DNA from: Macrostomum lignano
Taxonomy: Eukaryota
Assembly: GCA_002269645.1 (NCBI GenBank)
Contig: NIVC01000741.1
Location: 323,206 to 387,205 of the forward strand
Direction of reading: 5' to 3'
Length of the DNA: 64,000 nucleotides
Shown piece by piece: positions 38,067 through 50,361 of the stretch. Each line of letters opens with the position of its first letter. Positions within the stretch are counted from its first letter, which is position 1. The notes below the pieces were generated by a model. That model did not search any database, was not told the origin of the DNA, and saw only the letters and a list, made by a program, of their open reading frames with translations. Position numbers and translations under genes: made by a program.

Positions 38067-38842
38067 GGCTCATTCCATATTTAAGATGGACATTTTTGGA
38101 AAATAGAAAAAAGTCAATATTTTTGCTTGCCATTGCCTTATCAGCCAATTTTTTTACCAAATGTTTTTTATGTGTAATATCTACAATCTAAGAATAAATG
38201 AATGATAAAATGTTAGATTAGTATGCTATCAAGTGGCAAAAAGTCATTTTTGTAAAAATATAGACATTTTTCTAAGCAAAAGACATCATTAAGTTTGTGT
38301 ACCTTTTAAAAACAAATAGAAAGCTTTGGAAGGTTGAAACAAACTGTAGATAAAAGTATAATACTTGCATCATCAGATAAAAGTATTGGTGACCAAATAA
38401 TCTATTATATTTTTAATATATTGGTACCTCAAAGTTACTGAATTGACAGAAAAAAATATGTTACGACCATAAGGCTGCCTTTTCTTTTGTATCTTTGTTG
38501 CCTTTTTGAGTTTATATATTCTACAAAAAGAGTATGATTACTAAAGATGTTCTGAGTCAAATTTAAAAAAATGTATTGCAAAATATCAAAAATAAAAATG
38601 TTATAAGACTTTTACCTTTTAGTTTCTATATGTCAAAAATCCTGTTGTTACGACCATAAGTGCCATTCAAGGTTTAATAGCATCTATACTAATGATGATA
38701 TCTACATGAAACTCTATAAAAATATTTTTGACAAAATTATCTTTCATTTAAAATATTGGTTTAGTAAATTCTATTATTATATTTCATTTTATAAGTAAAA
38801 ATAGCCTGTCATGTTACGACCATGCTTATATGGAATGAGCCC
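38067..38842. mobile_element. ~776-bp PIF/Harbinger-like MITE
   Basis: TIR GGCTCATTCCATAT / ATATGGAATGAGCC(C); TAA on both flanks (38064-66, 38843-45); internal TGTTACGACCAT motif x3; second copy at 1-85. Confidence 0.85.
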
Positions 38843-39511
38843 TAAGTTCTTTGTGTGCCTGCATTGCTCCAGTATGGTGCAGCAAATATTGTCAAGGAAG
38901 GGAGAAATTTTTCCACTTTTTGGTAGTTTGACAGGCAGAAAAATGGCTTGGTATTCCTATTGTTAATATGTACTAGTAGCAAAGTTGTTTGTTATAGCCA
39001 ATTGCTACTTTAAAACTAGTTGTACTTCCACAAATGGCACAATCCAACTTGAGATTATTGGTTGTCTAGCCATCCAGAGAGTAGGGGTCTAAAAGCAGAA
39101 AAGTAAGCAATGGCTTGACTTGAATTCTAGTATTGATAGCTTAGGAGCCAATTTTTTCAATCTCAAATATATCTCCCTTTAAAGGTTGCCCATGTCATTT
39201 TAGCTTTTTGACCATAGACCTATTTAAAAAATTCTTGATACATCAACAAACAAATTAAAATGCTATAAAGACTTGTTGTCCTAAATAAAATTACCCAGTA
39301 GTACCTTCAGGCCAGACTTTGGAAGGTTATATGCCAGAAAATTCTAACATACAAATGACCCCTTTCAAAGTTAGCATAGGCCTACAAATTTTAGCATACA
39401 AGTTCATGCAATTTGTTGGCATAAAAATTTTGTTACCAAAATGGCTATTACCAAAATGGCTATTATTGAAGTTGATTATATTCCATTGCTCCTACCCCTG
39501 GCATTTTGCAA

Positions 39512-40175
39512 GGTGCGCGGCCATTTCGTCTGCCGCCTTTTTGTCTGCCGGCAGACGAAATGACTTTTTAAAATAAGTAACAAAATAAGTTTTATAAATG
39601 GCTGAAATTAATTTATAGCTTATTTTTAATACTTATAATTTACTAGTAATTTTCAGATTTAGAATTAGATGTAGTCTTTGTATTTTTTATTTTGCTTATC
39701 GCAATGTTTCCAAGAAATACAATTATTTGTATAATATAAGCTTTAATTAAATCTACGTAGTGAGCTGTGAATGGGATTTATAATTTGTGCACGTGTAACT
39801 TACTTATAATAAGTAAAATAATTCCAACTCGACTAATTGCTTTTGAGCTTTGAAGCTTTGAGACGGTTAAGAGATAGTATGGCGTCTGGGCCATATCATG
39901 ACGAAAATGCATTGAATTCGTTCAATCGCGTAGTTTAATAAATATAAACAAAAATATTCAGAAATTACTCGTTTAAGTCATTACTACTAAGAAATGATCC
40001 CGATATCTTAATCACTGTTATCTTAAATATCTTAAATCTAAAATTAATGACAACAACTGACATGTGTACAATTATTAAAACTTTACTATTCGTTGGCGGA
40101 CGAAACGACTGTATCGTTTTCTTGCAGACGAAATGGTGGCAGACAAACTGGCGGCAGACGAAATGACCGTCAACC
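39512..40175. mobile_element. 664-bp non-autonomous TIR element (Mutator- or hAT-like)
   Basis: 26-bp TIR with 22 matches (GGTGCGCGGCCATTTCGTCTGCCGCC); 8-bp TSD TTTTGCAA (39504-39511 / 40176-40183); repeated GCAGACGAAATG subterminal motifs. Confidence 0.85.
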
Positions 40176-41191
40176 TTTTGCAATTAGTACTTTCAAAACA
40201 AAACAATGTCAAAACAATATCTCATTTTATCCTTTGCTTTTCTTGTGGCCTTGCATATACTTTTAGAATTTTTTGTTAAAAAGATGGTTATCCAAGAGCT
40301 AAAGCCCTTCCCACCCCTCCCTTTACACTGCCACTGCTGGCATACATTTAGATTTAGCTAAGATAAGATTCTTGTTCTGGTAAACACTACTATACTATTT
40401 GGACCCTGGCCCTCAGGCCTTAGGCCTTGTATAGTTATAAGTTGTATTGTGATATAGATCTGGCAATTGATATCTATATAAAAGCAGGCCTATAACAAAC
40501 AACTTTGTTCCCAATACATATTAAACAATAAACTATTAAGCCTATAATTTCAATTTGTTCACTTGTTTCATAATTTTGGACATTAAAAATAGAAAAGAAA
40601 TTTGAATTCAAGTGAAAAAATAATTTAACAAATGATTCAATAGGATACTATAGCCTATAAGACATGTCTAAGTGAAATTTAAAACTAGGGGCCTAACATT
40701 TGTTATTCAACATAGTTAGGCTAGGGCCTATACTTATAATATAGTATTACCAAGTCATGGCACCCTCACTATCAAAGTACTTAGGCCTAGGCCCCTAGCC
40801 TATTATTTAGTAGGCCTAAGTAACTACTGACATTATAAGGGCTAATTAAAAATTAAGCTGCCTTATGCTTTTACCTATACCTAGTCCTAGGCCTACTTAT
40901 TACTATAGTTATATAGTATTATATTAGGCTAGGCCTATTATTATGATCTACAGATTATTTAGTCTTAGGGCCTAACTCTTATTAACAGAAAATATTAAAT
41001 AAGAAATTAACACTGCGACTGCTGCAGGAAAAATTGTTGGCACTTATTGGAATAGGCATAAATTTAGAGACGAAAAAGAACTGACTTAACAGTCATTGGA
41101 TGATAAAATGGATGCTTGTCACTTCTTTAACTGGTTTGTTGAACAGACCAAAGTGCTAGTTGGGCCTAATGGAATGGGTGGTTCAAAAAGT

Positions 41192-42365
41192 GGTTCCTGG
41201 ACACTTCGTCATCCACTCATATTTCTAGACACTTCGTCATCTTACCACTTCGTCATCTACGATACTATTGTGGACACATCGTCATCTACTCCCTGGACAC
41301 TTCGTCATCCACTTTGTCTAAAAAACTTAGCTATATGTAACTTCGTCAGCTAAGTTGTATCGAGTAGTCATAAATATAGGTGGCTACACTGAGGATTAAC
41401 TAACTGATTAACTAACTGATAATTAATGAGGATTAACTACAACGGGGGAAGAGCTGGAGAAGAGAAGAGATCGCGATCGCGATCAGTACAAAATTGAATT
41501 CTACTCGCGGTTTAAATCATACAATATCTTGGAATCATACAGTAAAACAAAAATAACAATAAATTGGAAATATGCATGCCTAAATAGCAAAATTAAATGA
41601 AAATTAAAAAAAACATAATAATAAATACACAAAAACACACTATTCATAAACATATTTAAATCTACATCGTTACAACTCCACACATGTTTGTGGAAGCGAA
41701 GCTATAATAAAATTACAATGAACACTTGTACACATACAGCGTGCATTTAGATGCCAATTATAGCGAGAAGTTGAATCCCTAAACGTGTATTTAATCCTAT
41801 ATTTTACAGACTATTGATTGAGAAACAATTTACATGCAAAAAAAAACAATCGAATAACAATTTTCCCGTACAACAATCCGACGTCGCACCGACCTCTGAA
41901 CCGACGTCGTACGACGTCTATGTAACATTACGTGTTTCCTATTGGTCGGACGTCGGGCCGACGTCGAAGTCGTAGTCCAAAAATTTATTTCGCGCTGCTT
42001 TAACATTTATTTTCGCGGGATGAACTGGCAAGCAATACTGTTACGCTTAATTTAATTATTTAAGGCGAATAACGTGAATTAAGGCGAATTTAATTTTTCG
42101 ACTACGACTTCGACGTCAGCCCGACGTCCGACCAATAGGAAACACGTAATGTTACATAGACGTCGTACGACGTCGGTCAGATACGTCGGATTGTTGTACG
42201 GGTTTACAGCTTTGAGAAATCTTGGGATGACGAAGTGTCCTCAAAATTTGGTCACTTCGTCATCTAGATTTCTAACATTTTTTTTGTATGACGAAGCGTC
42301 CAAAAACCATGGTCACTTCGTCATCTGGATGACGAACTGGTAAGATGACGAAGTGTCCAGGAACC
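41192..42365. mobile_element. 1174-bp non-autonomous TIR element (Mutator- or hAT-like) hosting a nested foldback
   Basis: Perfect 22-bp TIR GGTTCCTGGACACTTCGTCATC; 8-bp TSD CAAAAAGT (41184-41191 / 42366-42373); many CACTTCGTCATC subterminal repeats. Confidence 0.9.
41865..42202. mobile_element. 338-bp foldback MITE with ~125-bp inverted arms
   Basis: CCCGTACAACAATCCGACGT... / ...ACGTCGGATTGTTGTACGGG; arms rich in GACGTC; TTT on both flanks. Confidence 0.85.
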
Positions 42366-44161
42366 CAAAAAGTGGCCAAGCGATTCTCACTGAACTGCTG
42401 AACAGGCTGTTGACAACGGACAAAGTAGCCAGAAGACTTGGTAGTTAGGAAGTTTATATTAATATCTTTGAGGACGGGGGCCGGCTTGGAAACGAAAACT
42501 TTTCGCTCGGTTCTTCATACCTCGGGGCGGGCACTCCGGTGAACCCAACAGCCGGTGAATTCAGTAGTTAGTGGGGCGGGCGGCCGCCGGGGGTTGTTTC
42601 TTGCCGCGTTCAAATCGGTGCTGGATTTCCGGCGGTTCGACAAGTTAAACAAACTCGGGGTGCAGATTGGAGCTCAGGCTGCTAAGTTCCTCAGGCTCAG
42701 GGAGTGGGTAGCTGTGGTCGTAGCCGGGCGGTCTTGTTGTTGCTGTCTCTTTCAATGCCAATTGCAGATTAGTCGCTACCGCGGAGAACTTAATAAAATA
42801 AACGAATTCGCTAAATATAGTACCAGAAGTAGTAGGTCGCTGCCACCACCGCAGTAATTCACGAAGAAAAGCTTTAAGACGTAATTAGCTTGAAATAACC
42901 TAAGCACTTCTCTTTGATTAGACTGCAAGGGGTCGATTAATGCTTTCCGACGTCACAAAAGCTTGACAATTAAACAGCTTAGGCCCCCCACTCCTGTCAG
43001 ATGGTCAGCCCCATGGTAGCTTGATCGTGTGGCGAGCAGTCTAGGTCCTATAGCTAAGAGAGGGACAGCGAGAGACAAGCAGGGAGAATTTTGAAGGTAG
43101 AAATTAGCTAATCCGTAGACTAAGCTAACTCGCTGCAACCAGCCCGTGCGTCCTGGCTCACCACACCGGGACTCTCGAAATCGGGCTTCCGACTAGAAGG
43201 GGCTTTGCACTTACCTGCCAACTAGTGTCTTTTTGCTGTCAATCTCGAAGTCATAGCCGATGTTAAGGGACACTGCTGGGACTAGATCGCATTGGCCATG
43301 CAGGTACAGAGCAAGGACAATTGAAGTTACGTTATATCTAAGCTACTTCAGTTGTCCTTGGTACAGAGGGGACTTGTGCAGGGGATTCTTGCGGTGGCGA
43401 GTCTATGGGGTAGCTACATGTACTATTACATTGCTAAATACGAAGATATGTACTTTTGGCCTTCTACGCGCCAACTAGCCTCTCCTAGCGCTGATGATAG
43501 ACTAACTCAAACTTCAGAGACCGCATGATTCATTACCCGAGCCGCTTGGCGAACCTAGAGTGCACAAAGTACATCTCTGGCGCCGATTCTGCACTACTGG
43601 CAATTTTGCTCACTGATTTGATAGATTGATTGACTGAGAACTGCCTTGCCATTGGTCCACAGCTCTTATTAAATAGAAAGTGAAGATAATGAAGAGAAAT
43701 CGCTAATCGCTAATCCCAAAGTTACTTTTAGGGGTAAAACGCATAGCTGTCAAAGCTGTCACACGCTTGAGTGAACACGAACAATAGGCTCTGACCTCAT
43801 AAATCTTGATGGCCTGTCAAAATGATGAGAAAAAAGCTACCGCCCGCATCCTCTCAGACCATCTGGTGCCCGCCTCAACACTGAGTGAGGCGCAGGTGGC
43901 TGTCAGACCAGCCTCGAAAGCGATGATTTATGACCCAAAAAGCTGCGCCTACGTTATTATGACTACTAGTACGACCAGACATTATATCTAGTATAGATTC
44001 TATGACTATTCGCAGAAAAAGGATAAAAATGCCCATTGCCCACTGTTAGTAGGCTAGTAAGTTTAGAGCCCATGTGCTAGCGCGGGGTTTGGAAAAAAGC
44101 GCGTCCTCATCACTTTCATCGTAGTACTATTAGATGCCCACTCCGATCTTTTAGCAGGTGT

Positions 44162-44340
44162 CAGGGACTACTCAAACACCGGGACGGGAAACTAGGAATT
44201 TTTTACGAGGCTGGTCTTTTATCAGCAGTAGAAAATAACCATAGACAACAAAGTAACACAGCATCTATCTAATGAAAATAATTGCCAGCCAGCCTCGTAA
44301 AAAAATTTTGTTTCCCGTCCCGGTGTTTGAGTAGTCCCTG
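44162..44340. mobile_element. 179-bp hAT-like MITE
   Basis: Perfect 31-bp TIR CAGGGACTACTCAAACACCGGGACGGGAAAC; 8-bp TSD GCAGGTGT (44154-44161 / 44341-44348). Confidence 0.93.
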
Positions 44341-44559
44341 GCAGGTGTTAAAATATATACAGTATATATGCAGAGCTATACTTGTATGAAGCTAGCTTAA
44401 TTCTCTTGACGCACGCGACATGTGTTGACAAGTCGAAAATCAGCACTCTAGATTAAAGCCTTGTACGAGTTATTCACGGTAAATTGTGTTTTTTCTTCAT
44501 AAGGCAATTTTTTACCATGGATTGAATATTTAAATTTTATATATTCCTTCTGTAATCGC

Positions 44560-45828
44560 CAGTGTTGTGCAAGTTACTTTGAAAAGTAACTTCCAGTTAA
44601 GTAACTTCCGGTTCCAAGGAAATTAACTTCCGGCACTTGTTCGGGTACCGGTACTTTTTGTAAAATGTTAATTTTAAAGAACCGCCAATTAAAAAGTGTT
44701 CAAGCATGTCTTTATGAAAAAAAACAAAAAGTATTTGTTGGTCTAGAGTTAACATGCTGTTATTCCTCAAATCGCATCCAAAATTTGAGTGAATAAACAA
44801 AACCTTTACAAAACAAGGATTGCACTATCTGATATATCAGGAGGCTACACTCGCGATTCATAGAAAAGATTTTGGAGGCCGATTTTCAAATGTTGATTCT
44901 GACTCTTAAGAAGTACTCTATATTTGGAGATAATTTTGTCTAATAGGTGTGTCACAATGGGTAGAATACTTCAGACGAATTTTAGTTTTTGTGGGTCATT
45001 CCCGTCGCCCTTACTAGTATTGTGCTGTAATTTTACAGCAGCTATTTTACAGTAGTGTAAGTATACTTTTGTACAGCTGACTCATTTAGAATCAATGATA
45101 ATCTTCTGGCAGCCTTGCCAGTTAACAGTTAACCACAGTTAATACCAGTTAAAAATTAAGAAAAAAGATACCAGGACAACAAATGGATGGTATTTGAAAG
45201 CTGGATCAATGCACAAGACTAAATAACTTAGTGCCATGCGCTAGCTGCAATTAGAAAATTATAATACGCCTCAAAAGAGTTGAAGTCAAAACACTTTTAG
45301 AATGCATCACTCGTGTCGTCCTGCACGAACATCGAAATTAAGAAATCGGCCTTCAAAATATTTTCCACGAATCAGGAGTGTAGTGTCCTGGCGTTATCCT
45401 TGTTAGAAAACTTGCAAGGAGTTGGTAAAGGATGTTTATTGTTTTGAAAGTGTCTTGTTTCAGCATTAGTAGTTACCAATAATTACTTTAATTCTATGAT
45501 TCTATGATTCTTAAAACGTGCTTTAACTTAGAAAGTAAAAATCACACGAACTAGGATCATCTCTTTTTTACCTTTTTTATAATTGTGCTATGATTTTTTG
45601 GTGAAAGTTTTGCGCTTTTGGGAAATATTTAGTGCTAAATTGGCTGTTTGGCACCTAAAATTCATTTTCAAGTACCGGAGGACTGCGGACTTGTCAAAAA
45701 GTAACTTCTGTTACTTAAGTCCGGCATTCTGAAAAAAGAACCGGAAAAAACTGCCGTTTAAAAAAAAGTAACTTCCGGTACTAAAAGTGCCGGAAGTGCC
45801 GGAAGTGCCGGAACTTTGCCCAACACTG
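44560..45828. mobile_element. Older hAT-like non-autonomous element
   Basis: Imperfect TIR CAGTGTTGTGCAAGTT / AACTTTGCCCAACACTG with AACTTCCGG subterminal repeats at both ends; no TSD recognised. Confidence 0.6.
44812..45404. mobile_element. Diverged inverted-repeat element nested in the 44560-45828 element
   Basis: AACAAGGAT..CAGGAGGCTACACTCGCGATTCATAGAAAAGATTTTGGAGGCCGATTT is mirrored at ~45340-45404. Confidence 0.55.
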
Positions 45829-46303
45829 GTGAAGTTTTAATCAAGGATGATTAAAAATAGCTAAGCCAATTCGTGCACGTCAAATTAAAAAACGTTTATT
45901 AGCCAGCAGTCCAACGTGAGCTGCTTTGTCAGTCACAGCTAGCCATGCACAAGGATCCCCTGCTAAAAAGTCCTTCAGCTGCTTGGTGTAGGAGACTCCC
46001 CATGAATGCCCGAGGGCAAAGCAGAGTCCCGTCTTCGGCTAGCTCAAACACTCCCGATCATCAGAATCCGCCAAGTTAAAGTGGAAGAGACGGTGTGCCT
46101 GCTCATAATTGGTGGTGGCATCCTTCCTAGCTACAGCGGCCAGCAAGAGCAGTCGGGGGTCCGAAAGTTTTAGGTGAATTGCATTTTCAGCAAATTGCAT
46201 GGGAAATAAGTAACGGTTACATCACCCACCCGAGTCGAGTCACCATCACGTTGTCTATAAAAGTTATAGAATTATGCACATGTACATGTACATGTATTGC
46301 AGT

Positions 46304-47850
46304 CATGGCGTCGCCATGGATTTTATGGTGGGGGGGGGACAAAGCCAAGAATCCAACATGTTCATGTACATGACTAAATTTTGGCACTCATTTTGGCGTC
46401 ACAGGGACTCCTTTTGGCGCCGCAGGCACTCATTTCGGCACCGCAAGCATTCCTTTTAACGCCGCAGGCACTCATTTTAGCGCCTCAAGGCACTCATTTT
46501 AGCGCCGCAGGCACTCATTTTAGCGCCTCAAGGCACTCATTTTAGCGCCTCAAGGCACTCATTTTAGCGCCGCAGGCACTCATTTTAGCGCCTTAAGGCA
46601 CTCATTTTAGCGCCTCAAAGCACTCATTTTAGCGCCTCAGGCATTCATTTTAGCGTCTTAAGTCACTCATTCTAGCGCCTCAGGCACTCATTTTAGCGTC
46701 GCAGGCACTCATTTTAGCGCCTCAAGGCACTCATTTTAGCGCCTCAAAGCACTCATTTTAGCGCCGCAGGCACTTATTTTGGCGCCTCAAGGCACTCATT
46801 TTAGCGCCTCAAAGCACTCATTTTAGCGCCTCAAAGCACTCATTTTAGCGCCGCAGGCACTCATTTTAGCGCCTCAAGTCACTCATTTTAGCGCCGCAGG
46901 CACTCATTTTAGCGCCTCAAGGCACTCATTTTAGCGCCGCAGGCACTCATTTTGGCGCCACAGGCACTCATTTTAGCGCCGCAGGCACTCATTTTAGCGC
47001 CTCAAGGCACTCATTTTAGCGCCTCAAGGCACTCATTTTAGCGCCTCAAGGCACTCATTTTAGCGCCGCAGGCACTCATTTTTGCGCCACAGGTACTCAT
47101 TTTAGCGCCGCAGGCACTCATTTTGGCGCCGCAGGCACTCATTTTGGCGCCACAGGCACTCATTTTGGCGCCACAGGCACTCATTTTAGCGCCGCAGGCA
47201 CTCATTTTGGCGCCACAGGCACTCATTTTAGCGCCTCAAGGCACTCATTTTAGCGCCGCAGGCACTCATTTTAGCGCCGCAGGCACTCATTTTAGCGCCG
47301 CAGTCACTCATTTTAGCGCCTCAGGCACTCATTTTAGCGCCGCAGTCACTCATTTTAGCGCCTCAGGCACTCATTTTAGCGCCGCAGTCACTCATTTTAG
47401 CGCCTCAGGCACTCATTTTAGCGCCTCAAGGCACTCACTTTAGCGCCGCAGGCACTCATTTTGGCGCCTCAAGGCACTCACTTTAGCGCCGCAGGCACTC
47501 ATTTTAGCGCCGCAGGCACTCATTTTAGCGCCGCAGTCACTCATTTTAGCGCCTCAGGCACTCATTTTAGCGCCGCAGTCACTCATTTTAGCGCCTCAGG
47601 CACTCATTTTAGCGCCGCAGTCACTCATTTTAGCGCCTCAGGCACTCATTTTAGCGCCTCAAGGCACTCACTTTAGCGCCGCAGGCACTCATTTTGGCGC
47701 CGAAGTCGCTGTATTCTGGCGCCCTGAAGAAACATTATTGATTACCACAACGACTCACAAGGTGGGGAGAGACAAAACATTGGCATGTCCCCCCAGAGCT
47801 TTTACTGGGGGGGACATGTCCCCCCTGTCCCCCCGGTGGTGACGCGCCTG
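46304..47850. mobile_element. hAT-like MITE whose interior is a 21/22-bp minisatellite
   Basis: Ends CATGGCGTCGCCA / TGGTGACGCGCCTG, with G- and C-run subterminal motifs; flanks ATTGCAGT / GTTACAGT (6/8, decayed TSD). Confidence 0.6.
46380..47715. repeat. 21/22-bp minisatellite (GGCACTCATTTTAGCGCCGCA / ...GCCTCAA), about 60 units
   Basis: Direct reading. Confidence 0.96.
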
Positions 47851-48720
47851 GTTACAGTACAATATCCAATATGTACAATTAGTGTCATTTGTTTTACAAT
47901 ATCCATGGCTACATGTAAAGCGAGAGTCCCTCAATAGATTCTGTTGTGTTCGAGCTACGGGATACCTAAAATTAATCCTAACATTAACCGTAACAGGGCC
48001 CCAAGACTTGAGTGAGTCCTCATCATGCGAGTGTATGTAACACTTTGCATGTATGTATAATCTAATAATCTGCAGAAAAAGAATTTTTTCAACTTTCAAA
48101 CAAGACAGTGTATTTTGCAGAGGGAGCGGCACACAAAAAAGCGCGGCAATACATTGCACTTTTTAGATTAGTCGGTATAATATAACATAACAGCGTGAAA
48201 AAATCTAAACCGAGAAAAAACATTTTGCTTGAAACTTTTTTCAATCTACGAGCCAGCTAATTATTTACCTCAAAGTGCAGTAAAAACAGATAAAAAGAAT
48301 AACTGGAAGGAACTTATATAACATGATAGAAATTCACTCGAGAAGTGTTAGTCTTGGAAAATAATATTTTTAGCTAATTTAACGTGATTAGCGGATTCGC
48401 TAAGTTTTTTATTTGCTTGCCATAATTTTTTCACCATCTGATATTTAACTGAACTGAGAATACAGCTTCACTCGCCTTTGAACTCGAATGTTGCAGATTT
48501 TGGCAAAGTTTTCTAGAATGAGTCCACCAATTTGGGTGCATCAGGCATGCGGGAGGAGCGTCGGTCGGGGAGTGCAAGGCTTGCAAGATACACATGTATT
48601 GTGTAATTTTATTAATAAAGTCTTTCGGTTAGGTATAGAGAAATTCAATAAACAATACTGCTTCCTTACTGAGTTCGTAGGCAGAGGTTAAAGAGAATCA
48701 GTGATACAAATTTTGTTAGA

Positions 48721-49030
48721 AATTAAATATCGCAGAGTTCACACTAAAACAATTAAATATCGCAGAGTTCACACTAAAACAATTAAATATCGCAGAGTTC
48801 ACACTAAAACAATTAAATATCGCAGAGTTCACACTAAAACAATTAAATATCGCAGAGTTCACACTAAAACAATTAAATATCGCAGAGTTCACACTAAAAC
48901 AATTAAATATCGCAGAGTTCACACTAAAACAATTAAATATCGCAGAGTTCACACTAAAACAATTAAATATCGCAGAGTTCACACTAAAACAATTAAATAT
49001 CGCAGAGTTCACACTAAAACAATTAAATAT
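48721..49030. repeat. Perfect 30-bp tandem repeat x10 (AATTAAATATCGCAGAGTTCACACTAAAAC)
   Basis: Direct reading; no variants seen. Confidence 0.97.
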
Positions 49031-49981
49031 TGTTTCTGATTTCCGTCCTCTTTTAGTCGAAAACTGATCAGGCGGCGCGGCCGGTGGACCCGCCGGCGGA
49101 ATTCTCAGCTGTCGGCCCCGCCACCGGGTCGTAAAAACGAACTCTTCCTGCGAATATGGCGCAATTTTTTCACGTTTTGCGCAGCGACTTGATCCAAAGA
49201 AAACCCGGTTTAAACAATCCCCGATGCCAGAGGAACTCGTGAAACTCACTGAATGTCTTGAAGGTTTTAATACTCATAGGTCATAACCCACCATTGGCAT
49301 GTCTAGTCGGAAGTGACAGAACTTGTGCAAACCAGGCAATGTGTTGGATAAATTGGTAAGTTTAAATTTCTTCAGATTTAATTTTTGAAAAAATGCGACA
49401 TTCAACTTTGGCAAAAGCGGACGAATTTTGGCAACACGGTCATCTGAAAGGCAAACTGTAACAAACGAACGAGAAAGGCAAGATACAAACAGAAGAGTAG
49501 TCAATGTCACTGCTTCATTGATCCAGATGTTACTTTTGAAGTCATTCAAAAAGCATTCGCTATCAATGTCATTGACACTGGCGAGCGTAGTCAAGACAGC
49601 GGGGTCCATAGCTCAGCACGTACGCTCGTAATCGTGCCAATTCCGACATTTTTCGGAGGTGATGAAACTAGATGACGCTGCCTCTACTTGAGCCATCAGA
49701 ATAGTGAGGCGACGATGTTGTAACGTCTCACCAGATTGCGCTGCAGTCTGCCTGTCCTCAAGCTCGTGCACTGGGTCAGTTCCTCTTTCAGATCATCCTT
49801 CGCAATTCGCCCACTTTTGCCAAAGTTGAATGCACGCTTTAACTGATGATAACCATAGGCATATTGCCCGAAGGTTATTATATTATCAATGGGCTTGCCA
49901 AAATTAAGGTCAATTTTGCCAAAGTCGAAAATGAAATGGTATACTACAAGCAATTAACACAATAACTGAGTGAAACCCAAC

Positions 49982-50361
49982 CTGCCGTGTACGGCTCCTC
50001 AGTCCTATACGGCGTGTGAAGATTCGGTTCACGTTTCCGCCACCTGATGTGCACGATGTAGACCTGTGCAGTGGAGCATTGGTGAATCATTACAAATCTT
50101 CAGAATAACTATAAACTTATTAACTTCATTTCTTTTAATATCAATCAATAAGGCTTACGGAGACAAAAATGATGAGCACAAAGAGGAAAAGTCCACCAAT
50201 AACCGCCACCAGAATAATAAGGACAGTGTAATCCTGAGACGGAGTTGCAGTGACTCTGGTTGCTGTTGTGCCAGCCATGACACTTCCCGTTGTGGATGCT
50301 GCCTGTGCTGTTGTTTCGATGGCTGCAACAGAAGAGCTCGTACCGGCAAGGGTCGTAACAG
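49982..50361 (-). CDS. Juxtamembrane, TM and cytoplasmic exons of the mucin (50361-50159, 50063-49982)
   Basis: Phase-1 join from the SEA exon gives AVTTLAG...QDYTVLIILVAVIGGLFLFVLIIFVS|VYIVHIRWRKREPNLHTPY; hydrophobic span followed by a basic stop-transfer. Confidence 0.8.

Noticed and set aside
42380-44100. GC-richer patches with short ORFs
   Set aside because: Frames are interrupted by stops and I recognise no domain; probably decayed TE or UTR sequence.
45890-46180. Minus-strand coding-like frame (SDPRLLLLAAVARKD...) with one internal stop
   Set aside because: No start, splice support or recognisable homology.
49274-49953. Minus-strand ORFs of 111 and 85 aa, and a 29-bp inverted repeat (49399-49427 / 49804-49832, 27/29)
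   Set aside because: No recognisable motif or TSD. The region may hold the mucin's last exon or 3' UTR, but I could not fix a unique splice solution.
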